DNA of 64,000 bases, taken from contig CBDBHR010000026.1 of the NCBI GenBank assembly GCA_965205865.1, forward strand, positions 128,001 to 192,000, written 5' to 3'. The notes below the pieces were generated by a model. It saw only the letters and a program-made list of their open reading frames with translations. It was not told where the DNA came from and searched no databases. How positions within the stretch are numbered: the stretch's first letter is position 1; the number at the start of each line of letters is the position of its first letter. Source of the stretch: a bacterium. GTDB lineage: Bacteria; SAR324; NAC60-12. The position numbers were made by a program, and so were the translations under genes. This document shows positions 53,615 to 63,999 of the stretch, piece after piece.

Positions 53615-56230
53615 ATGAGTACCGAAGCAAAAGAAAAGCGCTTTCTCGACGCGTTGGAATCACTTTTCACGGGCGCGGAGGTTGAGGGAGACTCCGGTTT
53701 TATCAACCTGATGCGCCTGAAGCGCGGTTATTTCAAATCCCTGCGCCCGAAACTGGTGACAGCCATTGACGGGCGCGCCGCGAAAGACACCGACTTCCGC
53801 GAGGAACTGTTCGACAAACTCCATACCTTCTTCTCCCGCTATTTCTGCGAAAGCGGCTCCATCTACTTCCGCCACCTGCCCGCCTTCTCGAAAACCTACG
53901 AGCATGTCTATAGCGACGGCGAGGACGTTGCGCTGTCCTGGAAAACCCGCATGCTCTATTACGTGAAGTCCGACGTGCTGCTACGCTCCATGCCGGTAAA
54001 ATTGGAGGACAAAAACAATCCCACACGCACCAGACTGTTTTATTTCGACGCCTCCGAGGTCGAGCACAAAAAGAACAACGAACGCCGCGAGTTCGTCTTC
54101 GAGATTGCCGAAGTGAAAAGGACCACCGAAGGAAACGTGGTTCATTTGAAGGTCTCCTACTCTCAAAAGGGCAAAACAACCAACGCCGGAACCATCATCA
54201 AGAAAGCAAAGAATTCGTCCGGTGCCAAAGTCCTTTTGACCGAAGACGATTTACAAAATGCCTTTCGAGTTTTCAGGAGGCAAACCGAAGTTGACTTTTT
54301 CATCAACAAGGACGCCCGTGGCTTCCTCCGTGAGCAATTCGATCTCTGGCTTTATCAATACCTCTTCCAGGAAGAAAGCATCTTTGAACAGAAGAGACTC
54401 TCTCAACTGCAGGCCATTCAGCAAACCGCCTATGACATCATCGACTTCATTGCCCAGTTCGAAGATGAACTGCGGCGGGCATGGGAAAAGCCCAAGTTTG
54501 CGCGCAAGGTTCATTACGTGGTGACACTGGACAAACTGCCCGTCACTCTCCTGGCGAAGATTTCCGCACACCAGGGAGCGCAGACCCAGATCAAGGAGTG
54601 GCAAGAACTCGGCATGGTGAACGAGCAATTTTCCATGGAGGAGTTGAACAAAGGACAGGGCAGATTGGGCATTGAAACCAACGGCCCGACCAACGACGAT
54701 TGCCGCTTTCTGCCCTTGGACACCAGACACTTCAAGGATTTGGAGTTGGACATTCTCGACGTATTCGGTGATCTGGACGAGGCACTGGATGGTGAATTGG
54801 CGCACAGCGAAAACTGGCAGGCGTTGAATAATCTGCAACGGCGATATAAGGGAAGGGTGAATTGTATTTATATTGACCCACCGTATAACACAGAAAAGGA
54901 TGAATTCCTTTATAACGACCGCTATAAGAGCAGTTCTTGGCTTTCCATGATTTTTGATAGAACAATCTGTGCTAAAAGTTTTCTTGGAGAAGCAGGAACT
55001 TTTTGGGTGAATCTCGACGATGGAGAAATGCCAAACCTACGCTTGGCTTTGGATGCTATTTTTGATCGCAATTCTTTTGTTGGCAACGTTTGTTGGAAGA
55101 AAACAAGTGGTGACAACAAACCAAATTTTGCATTTGTTCACGACAATTTAATCATATACGGCAATTGTGGAAGCAAGCCACAACGTGCGGATATTCCTCT
55201 TGATAAGCAAAGTTCTTATAGCAATCCCGACAACGATTCGAGGGGTAAATGGGCCTCAACCGATTATCGGTCGAAGTGGACCAAAGAAGAAAGACCCAAT
55301 CTTTATTACGGAATACGTCAACCTAATACTGGAGAAATTATCTATCCAGATTCGTATTCCGAATCGCCAAGGGTTTGGGGGTGTGATGAGAGTACTCACA
55401 AACAAAATGAGGAAAACAACTTGGTGTGGTGGGGTGATAATGGACTTGCAAATGAACCTCGCAAGAAGAGATTTTTGGTAGAACATGAAGGGGTCAATAT
55501 CAGGAGTATTTGGAATAACGCCGGTTCGAATGATTCTGCTTCTCAGGAATTAAGAGGGTTGTTTGGAAAGAAAATCAACGAACGTCTTAATCCCAAACCC
55601 AAAGAGTTGGTTCAGAAAATCTTATCCTACACCGTGAAAGAGAACGGTTTTATACTTGATTATTTTGCCGGTTCCGGTACGACCGCCCATGCGGTCATCA
55701 ACCTGAATCGTGAAGACGAAGGCAACAGAAAATACCTGCTTATTGAAATGGCAGGATATTTTCATACAGTCCTGCTATCGCGCCTCAAGAAAGTAGTCTA
55801 TTCCAAGGACTGGAGAGACGGACAGCCGATTTCACGAGAAGGCGTCAGTCACTTCCTCAAATACTACACCCTGGAACAATACGAAGAGACTCTAAAAAAC
55901 TCACGCTATGAAGATGGTGAGCAACTAGAGATAGACAGCATGAAATCGTCCTTCGAGCAATACGTCTTTTTCGGAGACGACAAACTCGCCCACGCCGTCA
56001 AGCCATCTAGCAATGGAAATCTTACCATCAATCTCCACGACCTCTACCCGGACGTCGACATTGCGGAATCCTTATCCAACATTCTGGGCAAACCAATCCG
56101 TCGCCGCACCGCCAATACCGTAACCTTCTCCGATGGCGTCACCGAGCCAATCGACCCTGCCACCATGACCGAGGAAGAAAAACGGCACTTCATTTCACTG
56201 GTCAAACCCTATTTGTGGTGGGGGGAGTAA
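53615..56230 (+). CDS. mod: Type III restriction-modification methyltransferase (Mod)
   Basis: IYIDPPYN (motif IV) precedes LDYFAGSGTT (motif I), beta-class order; upstream of res. Confidence 0.92.
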   Translation: MSTEAKEKRFLDALESLFTGAEVEGDSGFINLMRLKRGYFKSLRPKLVTAIDGRAAKDTDFREELFDKLHTFFSRYFCESGSIYFRHLPAFSKTYEHVYSDGEDVALSWKTRMLYYVKSDVLLRSMPVKLEDKNNPTRTRLFYFDASEVEHKKNNERREFVFEIAEVKRTTEGNVVHLKVSYSQKGKTTNAGTIIKKAKNSSGAKVLLTEDDLQNAFRVFRRQTEVDFFINKDARGFLREQFDLWLYQYLFQEESIFEQKRLSQLQAIQQTAYDIIDFIAQFEDELRRAWEKPKFARKVHYVVTLDKLPVTLLAKISAHQGAQTQIKEWQELGMVNEQFSMEELNKGQGRLGIETNGPTNDDCRFLPLDTRHFKDLELDILDVFGDLDEALDGELAHSENWQALNNLQRRYKGRVNCIYIDPPYNTEKDEFLYNDRYKSSSWLSMIFDRTICAKSFLGEAGTFWVNLDDGEMPNLRLALDAIFDRNSFVGNVCWKKTSGDNKPNFAFVHDNLIIYGNCGSKPQRADIPLDKQSSYSNPDNDSRGKWASTDYRSKWTKEERPNLYYGIRQPNTGEIIYPDSYSESPRVWGCDESTHKQNEENNLVWWGDNGLANEPRKKRFLVEHEGVNIRSIWNNAGSNDSASQELRGLFGKKINERLNPKPKELVQKILSYTVKENGFILDYFAGSGTTAHAVINLNREDEGNRKYLLIEMAGYFHTVLLSRLKKVVYSKDWRDGQPISREGVSHFLKYYTLEQYEETLKNSRYEDGEQLEIDSMKSSFEQYVFFGDDKLAHAVKPSSNGNLTINLHDLYPDVDIAESLSNILGKPIRRRTANTVTFSDGVTEPIDPATMTEEEKRHFISLVKPYLWWGE

Positions 56231-56239
56231 GAAAGACGC

Positions 56240-58117
56240 ATGTACGCAAAAAGAATCCAGATTATCAATTACGGTCCCATTGACCATCTTGACATCAACT
56301 TCCCCTTTGAGGGAGAAAATCCCCAGCCGGTCTTGCTGGTTGGTGAGAATGGTTCGGGAAAAAGTATATTCTTGTCTCATATCGTCAATGGATTGATGGC
56401 AGCTCAGGGGGTTGTCTATCAGGAAAATAGCGAAGTCGAACAAGGAAAGGTGTATAAACTCCGGTCTCCTTCTTATATAAAAACCGGAACTGAATATTAC
56501 TTCGGTCGAGTCGATTTTGAAGAGAATTTGTATCAGAAGGAATTGCAACTGCAGCGCCTGAAAAAAGATTGTAAAAAGCCCGTTGAGTTTGCCGGCAAGG
56601 ATGCTGATAAGTTCAATGATGCTAGTAAGTTATGGCAATCTATGCCTGCAAATAAAGCCAGCATTCCTGACAGTAGTTTTCATCATGAAAAAGAAAAAAG
56701 CAGTATAGAAGACTTTTTTAAAAGTCGTTGTGTACTTTATTTTCCTCCTAACAGGTTCGAGGAACCCGCATGGCTGAATGAGGGAAACTTACGGGCTAAG
56801 GCCGAGTATATGGGCTTGAAGAACCTCCAGGGATACACGAATCGTAAGATTATTAATGACTCTCCCCTCCAGGACAACCAGAACTGGTTATTTGAAGTCT
56901 TATATGACCGTTGCGCTTTTGAAGTTCAAACCACTCAGTTACCTTGGAATACTAAGGATCAAAATCAAAAACACCTTAGTATTAATCTTCCGGTCTTCAC
57001 AGGACATACTGGAACAGCAACCACCATTTATGAAAGTGCTCTCAATATTGTTCGTTCAATCTTCCGGGCAAACGGGAATTTAAGACTTGGTATTGGAAAG
57101 AGGCAGAATCGGAGAGTATCGTTAATGCAGGGAGATAAGGAACTCGTTCCCAATATTTTCCAGCTGTCCAGTGGTGAGACTTCTCTACTGAATCTATTTT
57201 TATCCATCCTGCGTGATTTTGATTTATCCGGTTCACGGTTTTCCAAAGCCGGAGATGTGAAGGGTATTGTTGTTGTGGACGAGATCGACTTGCACCTGCA
57301 CGTCATTCACCAGTATGAAATCCTTCCGCAATTGATGAAGATGTTCCCCGGCGTTCAATTTATCGTTACTACCCATTCCCCGCTTTTCGTGCTGGGGATG
57401 AAGAAGACTTTCGGAGAAGACGGTTTCGCTCTTTACAGGCTGCCTCATGGACAACTAATCAGTCCCGAAGAGTTCAGCGAATTCGGTAATGCTTACCAGT
57501 CATTTACTGAAACAGAAAGGTTTAAGGACGATATCAAAGTTGAAATTGAAAACGCCCAAAAACCTGTTGTATTCATGGACGGTAAAACGGATGTAAAATA
57601 CTTACAAAAAGCCGCTGAATTGCTTAATCAAGAAGCAGTACTTGAGAAACTTCAATTAATGGATGGTAAGGGCTATGGAAATCTGAATAAAATCTGGAAA
57701 ATATTTGAATTCCAGACTTTCCGGAATGATACCGCAGAAAGTAATTCTTCTCCATGACTGCGATAAGCCAGGTTGTCAGACAAAGGAAAGGCGTTTAGGC
57801 GGAATATTCCACGACAGGAAGGTCATCCTCTGGAGAAAGGGATCGAAAACCTGTTTGAGAAAGCGACTATAGAGAAAGCACGAAAGCATAAGTTAGCATT
57901 CATAGTCATCACGACTGAACATAAAAAGTTTAAACCAGACGAAGAGGAAACAGTCCCTGAAAAATGGGAAGTCAATGATGACGAAAAAACCAACCTTTGC
58001 AACTGGCTGTGCGAGAATGGCACGGGGGAAGACTTCAAACATTTTCATATGATATTCGATTTACTGGAAAAGATATTGATTGATGATCAAGATGCAAATG
58101 CGACGCCACTACCCTAA
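56240..58117 (+). pseudogene. ABC-type AAA ATPase with TOPRIM-like C-terminus (OLD-like), broken by two apparent compensating frameshifts at ~57700-57775
   Basis: GENGSGKS, LSSGE, VVDEIDLHLH, TTHS; FMDGKTD; VILLHDCD in the +1 frame; GIENLF back in the main frame. Confidence 0.75.
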
Positions 58118-58220
58118 CTTTACTAACGGCAAAACCGAATCAACCGACATTGCCACCATGATTGAGAAAGCAAAATGGTACTTCTTTTCATTGATCAAAC
58201 CCTACTTGTGGTGGTGGGGA
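58104..58220 (+). repeat. Degenerate copy of the mod 3' end (56110-56227)
   Basis: Encodes ...ATMIEKAKWYFFSLIKPYLWW vs Mod ...ATMTEEEKRHFISLVKPYLWW. Confidence 0.9.
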
Positions 58221-58221
58221 T

Positions 58222-59619
58222 ATGTTTAAAGTCAAAATTAAAAATATTGGCAAACTCACTGATACGGAAATCAATATAGGCCAGTTTACCGTGTTTGCCG
58301 GCCCGAACAATACCGGAAAGAGTTTTGTTTCAAAACTCCTGTATTCCTTTTTCAGTTCAATGCAGGGCAACCCTGTCCAAACCCAATCCGAACAATTCCT
58401 TATTCCTGTTATGCAGCACATGGCAAGCGTGGTAGAGTGGGAGGAGCGATCTGCCGGACGGTCTCCTGAAGATAATCCCCAGTTGCTTGATTTGGAATCC
58501 AAGATCAAGGAAACAAATGAAATTATTAGGAGTGTTGACAACATTGAGGAGTTAATTCAGGTTTGGCATTGCCTTGTCAATCTAACGGAAGGAATGTGGA
58601 ACGTATCTCAAGATCTCCAGCAGACATATTCGAAAGAATCCCGAAAGACAGAAAAGCTGGAGTGGGGGGTAGATCATCTACACAATTCACTAAGGGTTAT
58701 CACACTTTCCTTGACCCAGTTGAGAGACACTTTTGCCAAAGGGGATCCGCTCTCGTTCATAATTTCCGGCACAGGACGCCATATCAAAGACAACCTGATC
58801 GAAAATTTTCAGGTGCCCAACCTGTCTGATCTCAGTGCCGACCCCGATAAACGATCAGAGGTTGAGGTTGGACACTTCGGAAAATTTGTATATTCGAACG
58901 AGGAAGTGGACCTCAGCATGGATATGTCTTGGATGTCTTCTTATTCCGGGGCAATCTACTTGGAATCTCCCATTTATTGGAAACTGAAAAACGCATTGGA
59001 GCAGATAAGACAGCAGGAGGAACACCGTAGTTTTTTGTGGGGGAAGCCCAGCAAACGACTGGATGGCGTACCGAAATATTTCCATGATCTGGCCAGCGCC
59101 CTCAGCTTTCAATACACCGGGGAGATGGCCTTCCCTACCATCCATGAAAAACTGACCGGTCCTCATATTCTTGGTGGAAAGGTCACGATTTCCGAATTGG
59201 GCAATCTGTCATTTCAGGAAAACGGTCGTAGTTTTTCTCTGCCCGTCACCGCGATGGGAATAGCCAACCTCGGCATCCTGGCGCTACTGATCGAGCGCAA
59301 GGTGCTGGATGAAGAATCTCTCATTTTCATTGACGAGCCGGAAGCGCATCTGCATCCGGCCTGGCAAGTCATCATGGCGGAGGCTCTCTTTGAGTTGTCC
59401 CTCCAGGGAGTAACCGTAGTCATTGCCACGCATAGTGTGGACATTCTCAAATGGCTGGAAGTACACGTAAAGAAAAATCCCCAGGACGAGCCGCACATTG
59501 CGTTAAATCAATTTCCTGCCAATGGTGACGGAGTCGATGAAGATTTTGAGTCCCGAATGGCGAGAATCAAACAGGAATTGACCAAGCCCTTCTCCGATCT
59601 CTACCTGAAAGGAATATGA
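58222..59619 (+). CDS. ABC-type AAA ATPase (AAA_15/AAA_21-like)
   Basis: GPNNTGKS, IFIDEPEAHLHP, IATHS. Confidence 0.9.
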   Translation: MFKVKIKNIGKLTDTEINIGQFTVFAGPNNTGKSFVSKLLYSFFSSMQGNPVQTQSEQFLIPVMQHMASVVEWEERSAGRSPEDNPQLLDLESKIKETNEIIRSVDNIEELIQVWHCLVNLTEGMWNVSQDLQQTYSKESRKTEKLEWGVDHLHNSLRVITLSLTQLRDTFAKGDPLSFIISGTGRHIKDNLIENFQVPNLSDLSADPDKRSEVEVGHFGKFVYSNEEVDLSMDMSWMSSYSGAIYLESPIYWKLKNALEQIRQQEEHRSFLWGKPSKRLDGVPKYFHDLASALSFQYTGEMAFPTIHEKLTGPHILGGKVTISELGNLSFQENGRSFSLPVTAMGIANLGILALLIERKVLDEESLIFIDEPEAHLHPAWQVIMAEALFELSLQGVTVVIATHSVDILKWLEVHVKKNPQDEPHIALNQFPANGDGVDEDFESRMARIKQELTKPFSDLYLKGI

Positions 59620-60182
59620 CTGCGCTTGACCAATTCCTGGAACCGATAAAGGTTGCTGGCGAGTCCCTTGGCGATAAACACCAGGCGTACCGTATGGATG
59701 GCAATTCGCCGAAACCTGATATGAGACGAGATGCCGGTTTGGGTACTTGTGATTGCTGTGATTACTTTATATTGGCCAAGGACCATTTTGTCGTCTTAAT
59801 TGAAGAAACCCAGCTTATGAGAACTATAGAAAGGTTGAAATCTAAATACTATTACCTTCAATCTGATCATCAGACAGAATTCGTCAACAAGTATATCCGA
59901 CAAGAAAACCGACTGAAAGTCTATGGATCAATGCTAGTGCTGTGCCGCTTGGCTGCCGCATGCAAAAATACGAATCGCCTTCTTCGCACGAAAAAATACA
60001 GGTTCTGGCTGGTCGCCAGCGGCATGAACGAGCCAGAGCACACACGAGTTTTCGACAACTTGAAGGATCGATTGTTCCAAGAGTTGAGAAGCGTTTTAAC
60101 CGGCAAAGTCATGGATCGTGTTGAAATAATACCGTCCGACCGGCTTTCGTCAAAACTGGCAAAACATGCAGCCACTTCTTAA
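59616..60182 (+). CDS. Hypothetical partner protein, possible PD-(D/E)XK-like nuclease
   Basis: ATGA overlap with the ATPase; CDYF...VLIEET pattern; nuclease call is inference. Confidence 0.65.
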   Translation: MTALDQFLEPIKVAGESLGDKHQAYRMDGNSPKPDMRRDAGLGTCDCCDYFILAKDHFVVLIEETQLMRTIERLKSKYYYLQSDHQTEFVNKYIRQENRLKVYGSMLVLCRLAAACKNTNRLLRTKKYRFWLVASGMNEPEHTRVFDNLKDRLFQELRSVLTGKVMDRVEIIPSDRLSSKLAKHAATS

Positions 60183-60187
60183 ATTAC

Positions 60188-60222
60188 GACCTGCCAGAAA
60201 TGTGGTTCGTAGCGGAGATTGA
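60188..60222 (+). repeat. Degenerate copy of the res 5' end (62485-62519)
   Basis: 27/35 nt identical; DLPEMWFVAEID vs DLPETWRVPEIE. Confidence 0.75.
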
Positions 60223-60257
60223 CATCAAGAAGAAAATCACGCAACTGGAGCAAAATC

Positions 60258-61448
60258 ATGTTGAGTAACCAAGAATTGGAGAAAATTCTCAAAGTGGGAG
60301 AAAGCGATTGCGTGGAATTAACCGAAGCTACGAGAGACCTGGATAAAATCCGTGAGGCAATATGCGCCTTTGCCAATGACCTGCCTGCTCACGGTAAGCC
60401 CGGCTTTGTCTTTGTCGGAATCAAGGACGATGGAAGTTGCGCCAACTTGATAATTAATGATGACCTGTTAAAAAAGCTTGGCGGATTACGAAACGAAGGA
60501 AAAATCCTTTCTTTCCCGATCATGGAGGTTGACAAACGCACGCTGAAAGGCTGCGAAGTTGCCGTGATACAGGTGGAACCTTCGGACAATCCTCCGGTAA
60601 GAGTCGATGGCCGGTGTTGGATACGGGTCGGACCGAGACGCGGTCAAGCTACCCCTGAAGAAGAACGCCGCCTGACGGAGAAAAGGCGTTGGGGGAATCT
60701 GCCCTACGACATGCAGGGAGTGAAAGGCGCATCCGTGGAAAAAGATTTAGATATGCGGAAATTCGAGGTTGAATACCTGCCGACTGCTGTTTCACGACAG
60801 GTATTGGAAGAGAATGCTCGCAATCCGCAAGAACAATTACAGGCGTTGCGCATGACGGCGCAAGACGGGACACCGACCGTTACAGCTATTCTCATGTTGG
60901 GTATAGACTCGCGTTACTGGTTCCCGGGTGCCTATATTCAATTTGTTCGCCATGCAGGAAACGAGGTCACGGATGCAATTGTTGATCAAAAAGAAATTCG
61001 TGGAACCTTGCCGGAGCAAATACTTGAAGTAGACCGCCTTCTGAAACTAAATATCACCACTGCTCTGAATACCAGTGGAGAAAGGCATATCGCAGAACCG
61101 GATTATCCCTTTGAAGCGCTACGTGAATTGGTCGGCAACGCGGTAATTCACAGGAACTACGAAAATTCCAACTCTCCCGTGCGAATTACCTGGCTCGCAG
61201 ATTGCGTAGAAATCATTATCCCCGGTTCGGTTTATGGTTCGGTAACACGCGAGAATTTTGGGGAAGCCGGCGTAACAGACTATCGTAATCCTACCATTGC
61301 CGAGGCTATGAAAAATATGGGTTTCATGCAGCGATTCGGAATCGGTATCGCTACGGCGAAAAAAGTGCTGGAAGAAAACGGTAATCCGCTACCCGAATTC
61401 AGAATAGAAGAAACTTTTGTTTTCGTTAAAGTAAAAAAACGACAATGA
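60258..61448 (+). CDS. Schlafen/AlbA_2-like domain plus HATPase (GHKL-like) protein
   Basis: ESDCVE..ICAFAN..GFVFVGIKDDG; YPFEALRELVGNAVIHRNY, YRNPTIA, RFGIGI. Confidence 0.85.
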   Translation: MLSNQELEKILKVGESDCVELTEATRDLDKIREAICAFANDLPAHGKPGFVFVGIKDDGSCANLIINDDLLKKLGGLRNEGKILSFPIMEVDKRTLKGCEVAVIQVEPSDNPPVRVDGRCWIRVGPRRGQATPEEERRLTEKRRWGNLPYDMQGVKGASVEKDLDMRKFEVEYLPTAVSRQVLEENARNPQEQLQALRMTAQDGTPTVTAILMLGIDSRYWFPGAYIQFVRHAGNEVTDAIVDQKEIRGTLPEQILEVDRLLKLNITTALNTSGERHIAEPDYPFEALRELVGNAVIHRNYENSNSPVRITWLADCVEIIIPGSVYGSVTRENFGEAGVTDYRNPTIAEAMKNMGFMQRFGIGIATAKKVLEENGNPLPEFRIEETFVFVKVKKRQ

Positions 61449-62440
61449 AAACCATCGCCTTTTTTAACAACAAAGGCGGCGTGGGCAAGACCTCTCTGGT
61501 CTATCACCTTGCCTGGATGTTCAGCGAAATGGAATACCGCGTCATCGCAGCCGACTTGGATCCCCAGGCCAATCTGAGTGGGATGTTTCTCGATGAGAAC
61601 AAGTTGGCAGAGCTTTGGCAGAATACGGAAAAAAAGAAGAACATCAATGAAGATATTGCACCCCTGTTTGAAGGGATAGGAGACATTTCGACAGAACCTC
61701 ATATTGAGCAAATCGAAGAGCGAATCGGCTTGTTGGTGGGGGACCTTGCCCTTTCCAAGCGTGAAGACGAGTTGTCAGAACAATGGCCGAAGTGCCTGAA
61801 CCGGGAAAAAAGAGCGTTTCGTGTCATAACCGCCTTTGCACGACTAATTTCCAGCGCGAGCGAGAAATTTCAGGCAGATTTGGTGCTGGTGGACGTCGGA
61901 CCGAATTTAGGGGCGATTAACCGGGCCGCGCTGATAGCCAGCGAGCATGTGGTCATACCACTTGCGCCTGACTTATTTTCCCTACAGGGTCTGAGAAATG
62001 TGGGGCCGACGCTGAGAGACTGGAGGGGGGATTGGAAAGATCGCATCGAGCGTAAGCCGAAAGATCTGGACATTGCGTTGCCCAAAGGCAACATGAAACC
62101 ACTCGGTTATATCGTCATGCGACATTCCGTCAGATTGGATCGCCCGGTACAAGCCTTTCAAAGATGGATTGCAAAGATACCCTCGGAATACAGGGAATCC
62201 GTTTTACAACAAGACCACTCTGAATCCCCGGCAATCGAGGCCGACGAACGTCTTCTGGCGCACCTGAAAGATTATCACTCGCTCATGCCCATGGCGCAAG
62301 AGGCGAACAAGCCCATGTTCATGTTGAAACCCGCCGATGGTGCTATCGGCGCGCACTTGAACGCGGTGTCGGACTGTTACGATGATTTCCATTCCCTTGC
62401 CAAAAAGATCATTGACAAGTTGAGTGAGAAAAAAAAGTGA
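61445..62440 (+). CDS. ParA/MinD-family ATPase
   Basis: NNKGGVGKTS deviant Walker A, DLDPQANLS, VDVGPNLG. Confidence 0.9.
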   Translation: MKTIAFFNNKGGVGKTSLVYHLAWMFSEMEYRVIAADLDPQANLSGMFLDENKLAELWQNTEKKKNINEDIAPLFEGIGDISTEPHIEQIEERIGLLVGDLALSKREDELSEQWPKCLNREKRAFRVITAFARLISSASEKFQADLVLVDVGPNLGAINRAALIASEHVVIPLAPDLFSLQGLRNVGPTLRDWRGDWKDRIERKPKDLDIALPKGNMKPLGYIVMRHSVRLDRPVQAFQRWIAKIPSEYRESVLQQDHSESPAIEADERLLAHLKDYHSLMPMAQEANKPMFMLKPADGAIGAHLNAVSDCYDDFHSLAKKIIDKLSEKKK

Positions 62441-63999
62441 CTGCTCCCGTTCTAGAGGGCATCGCCCAAAAACCGAACTATGGGGACCTGCCCGAAACCT
62501 GGCGAGTGCCGGAGATTGAGCGCTTCTCAGCGCAGAAGACACTTTACGACTACCAACAAGACACGCTGAGAAACGCGGCGCGGGCGCTATATCTCTACTA
62601 CGGAAAAGAAGGCGACGACTACCAACCCGCCGAACCAAAGGACGCCAATGACAGGCGAAAACAGAGCTTTGCCAGGCAATACGGCTCCTCCTCAATTGAT
62701 CAGTTCTCCGTAAAGAAATACGAAAGCCGGGCAGACCGTCAAAATCAACGACAAAACCCCGTTTTCCGCATTCAGTCCGAATTCATCACCTCGCATGGCG
62801 AAGAAATTTCATATACCCGGCTCATCAACCGCATGTGTTTCTGGCTGGCGACCGGCAGCGGGAAAACGCTGGTGATGGTGAAATTGATCGAACACCTGCA
62901 CCGGTTACGGGAACGCGGAGAAATTCCGAATCACAACCTGCTTGTCCTCGCCCCAAGCGATCATCTCATAGGGCAAATTCGCCGGACTGTCGAGGAATTC
63001 AATCAATCCGGGCTTTACATAAATCTGATTCCTCTACGGGATAGCGGGAAAACAATTCAAAGGCGGCTGGGAGATTATGCAACCGTCTATTATCACCGCA
63101 GCGACAATATATCCGACGTGCAGAAAGAAGCCTTGATCGATTACCGGCGCTATGAAAATGGCGGCAAGTGGTACGTTCTGCTGGATGAGGCTCACAAAGG
63201 CGGCAAAGAAGATTCAAAACGGCAGGCGTATTACGCGGTTATGGCGCGCGAAGGTTTTTTGTTCAATTTCTCGGCGACGTTCACCGACCCCGAAGATATC
63301 GTCACCAGCGTCAAGAAATACAATCTGGAGGAATTCATCAAAAACGGACATGGCAAAAACATCTACCTTAATGAGAATGAATACGACGCTTTCAGCAACA
63401 GACAAGCAGAAATCAGCCATGAGGAAAGGCGGAAAATCGTCTTGAAATCACTGATCTCCCTGGCCTTCGTCTCCCTGCGGATTGCGGAACTGCGCCGGGA
63501 TACCAGTTTGGACAATCTGTACCACTTGCCCCTTATGCTGACCCTGGTCAACTCGGTGAATACCAACGTTGAAAATGAAAAGAACGACTTGTGGGCATTT
63601 TTTCAAACCTTGCGAGAAATCGCTACGGGAGAAATCGATGGATCGCTATTCCGGATATCAAAAGAGGAATTGGCGTATGAATGGACAAACCGGATGCTTC
63701 TTTTCGGAGGAGATAGCGGGGGAATTAACGGAATCGATGAAAAGGCCATCAAGGATATGGAAATTGCCAGTGTGCGTGAGAGGATTTTCTCGAGTCGTGG
63801 TAAAAGCGCGTTACAACTGATCCGCAGCAAGGACAACAAAGAACTCGCCTTCCAGATGAAAAATGCGGATGCCCCGTTCGCGCTTATTCGCATAGGAGAC
63901 ACTTCCAAATGGCGCAACAATCTCCTGGCGGGTTTTGACGAAACCCGGACTCTAGAGGAGAAGTCTTTCTTTGACGAACTGGAACACAGCAGTATCACG
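62437..63999 (+). CDS. res: Type III restriction endonuclease Res subunit (DEAH helicase), runs off the window end
   Basis: Absent from the ORF track because it has no stop; GTG at 62437 translates to LYDYQ..., ATGSGKT, LDEAH, NFSATF. Confidence 0.9.
   Translation, partial: MTAPVLEGIAQKPNYGDLPETWRVPEIERFSAQKTLYDYQQDTLRNAARALYLYYGKEGDDYQPAEPKDANDRRKQSFARQYGSSSIDQFSVKKYESRADRQNQRQNPVFRIQSEFITSHGEEISYTRLINRMCFWLATGSGKTLVMVKLIEHLHRLRERGEIPNHNLLVLAPSDHLIGQIRRTVEEFNQSGLYINLIPLRDSGKTIQRRLGDYATVYYHRSDNISDVQKEALIDYRRYENGGKWYVLLDEAHKGGKEDSKRQAYYAVMAREGFLFNFSATFTDPEDIVTSVKKYNLEEFIKNGHGKNIYLNENEYDAFSNRQAEISHEERRKIVLKSLISLAFVSLRIAELRRDTSLDNLYHLPLMLTLVNSVNTNVENEKNDLWAFFQTLREIATGEIDGSLFRISKEELAYEWTNRMLLFGGDSGGINGIDEKAIKDMEIASVRERIFSSRGKSALQLIRSKDNKELAFQMKNADAPFALIRIGDTSKWRNNLLAGFDETRTLEEKSFFDELEHSSIT

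Noticed and set aside
53555-53700. Phase-variable mod (phasevarion)
   Set aside because: No simple sequence repeat tract found in or just before mod
61445-62440. Plasmid or chromosome partition system
   Set aside because: No parB or parS nearby, and the gene is embedded in the R-M operon
62835-63998. Short ORFs listed in the track at the window end
   Set aside because: They overlap the open res frame from 62437, which the track missed because it has no stop
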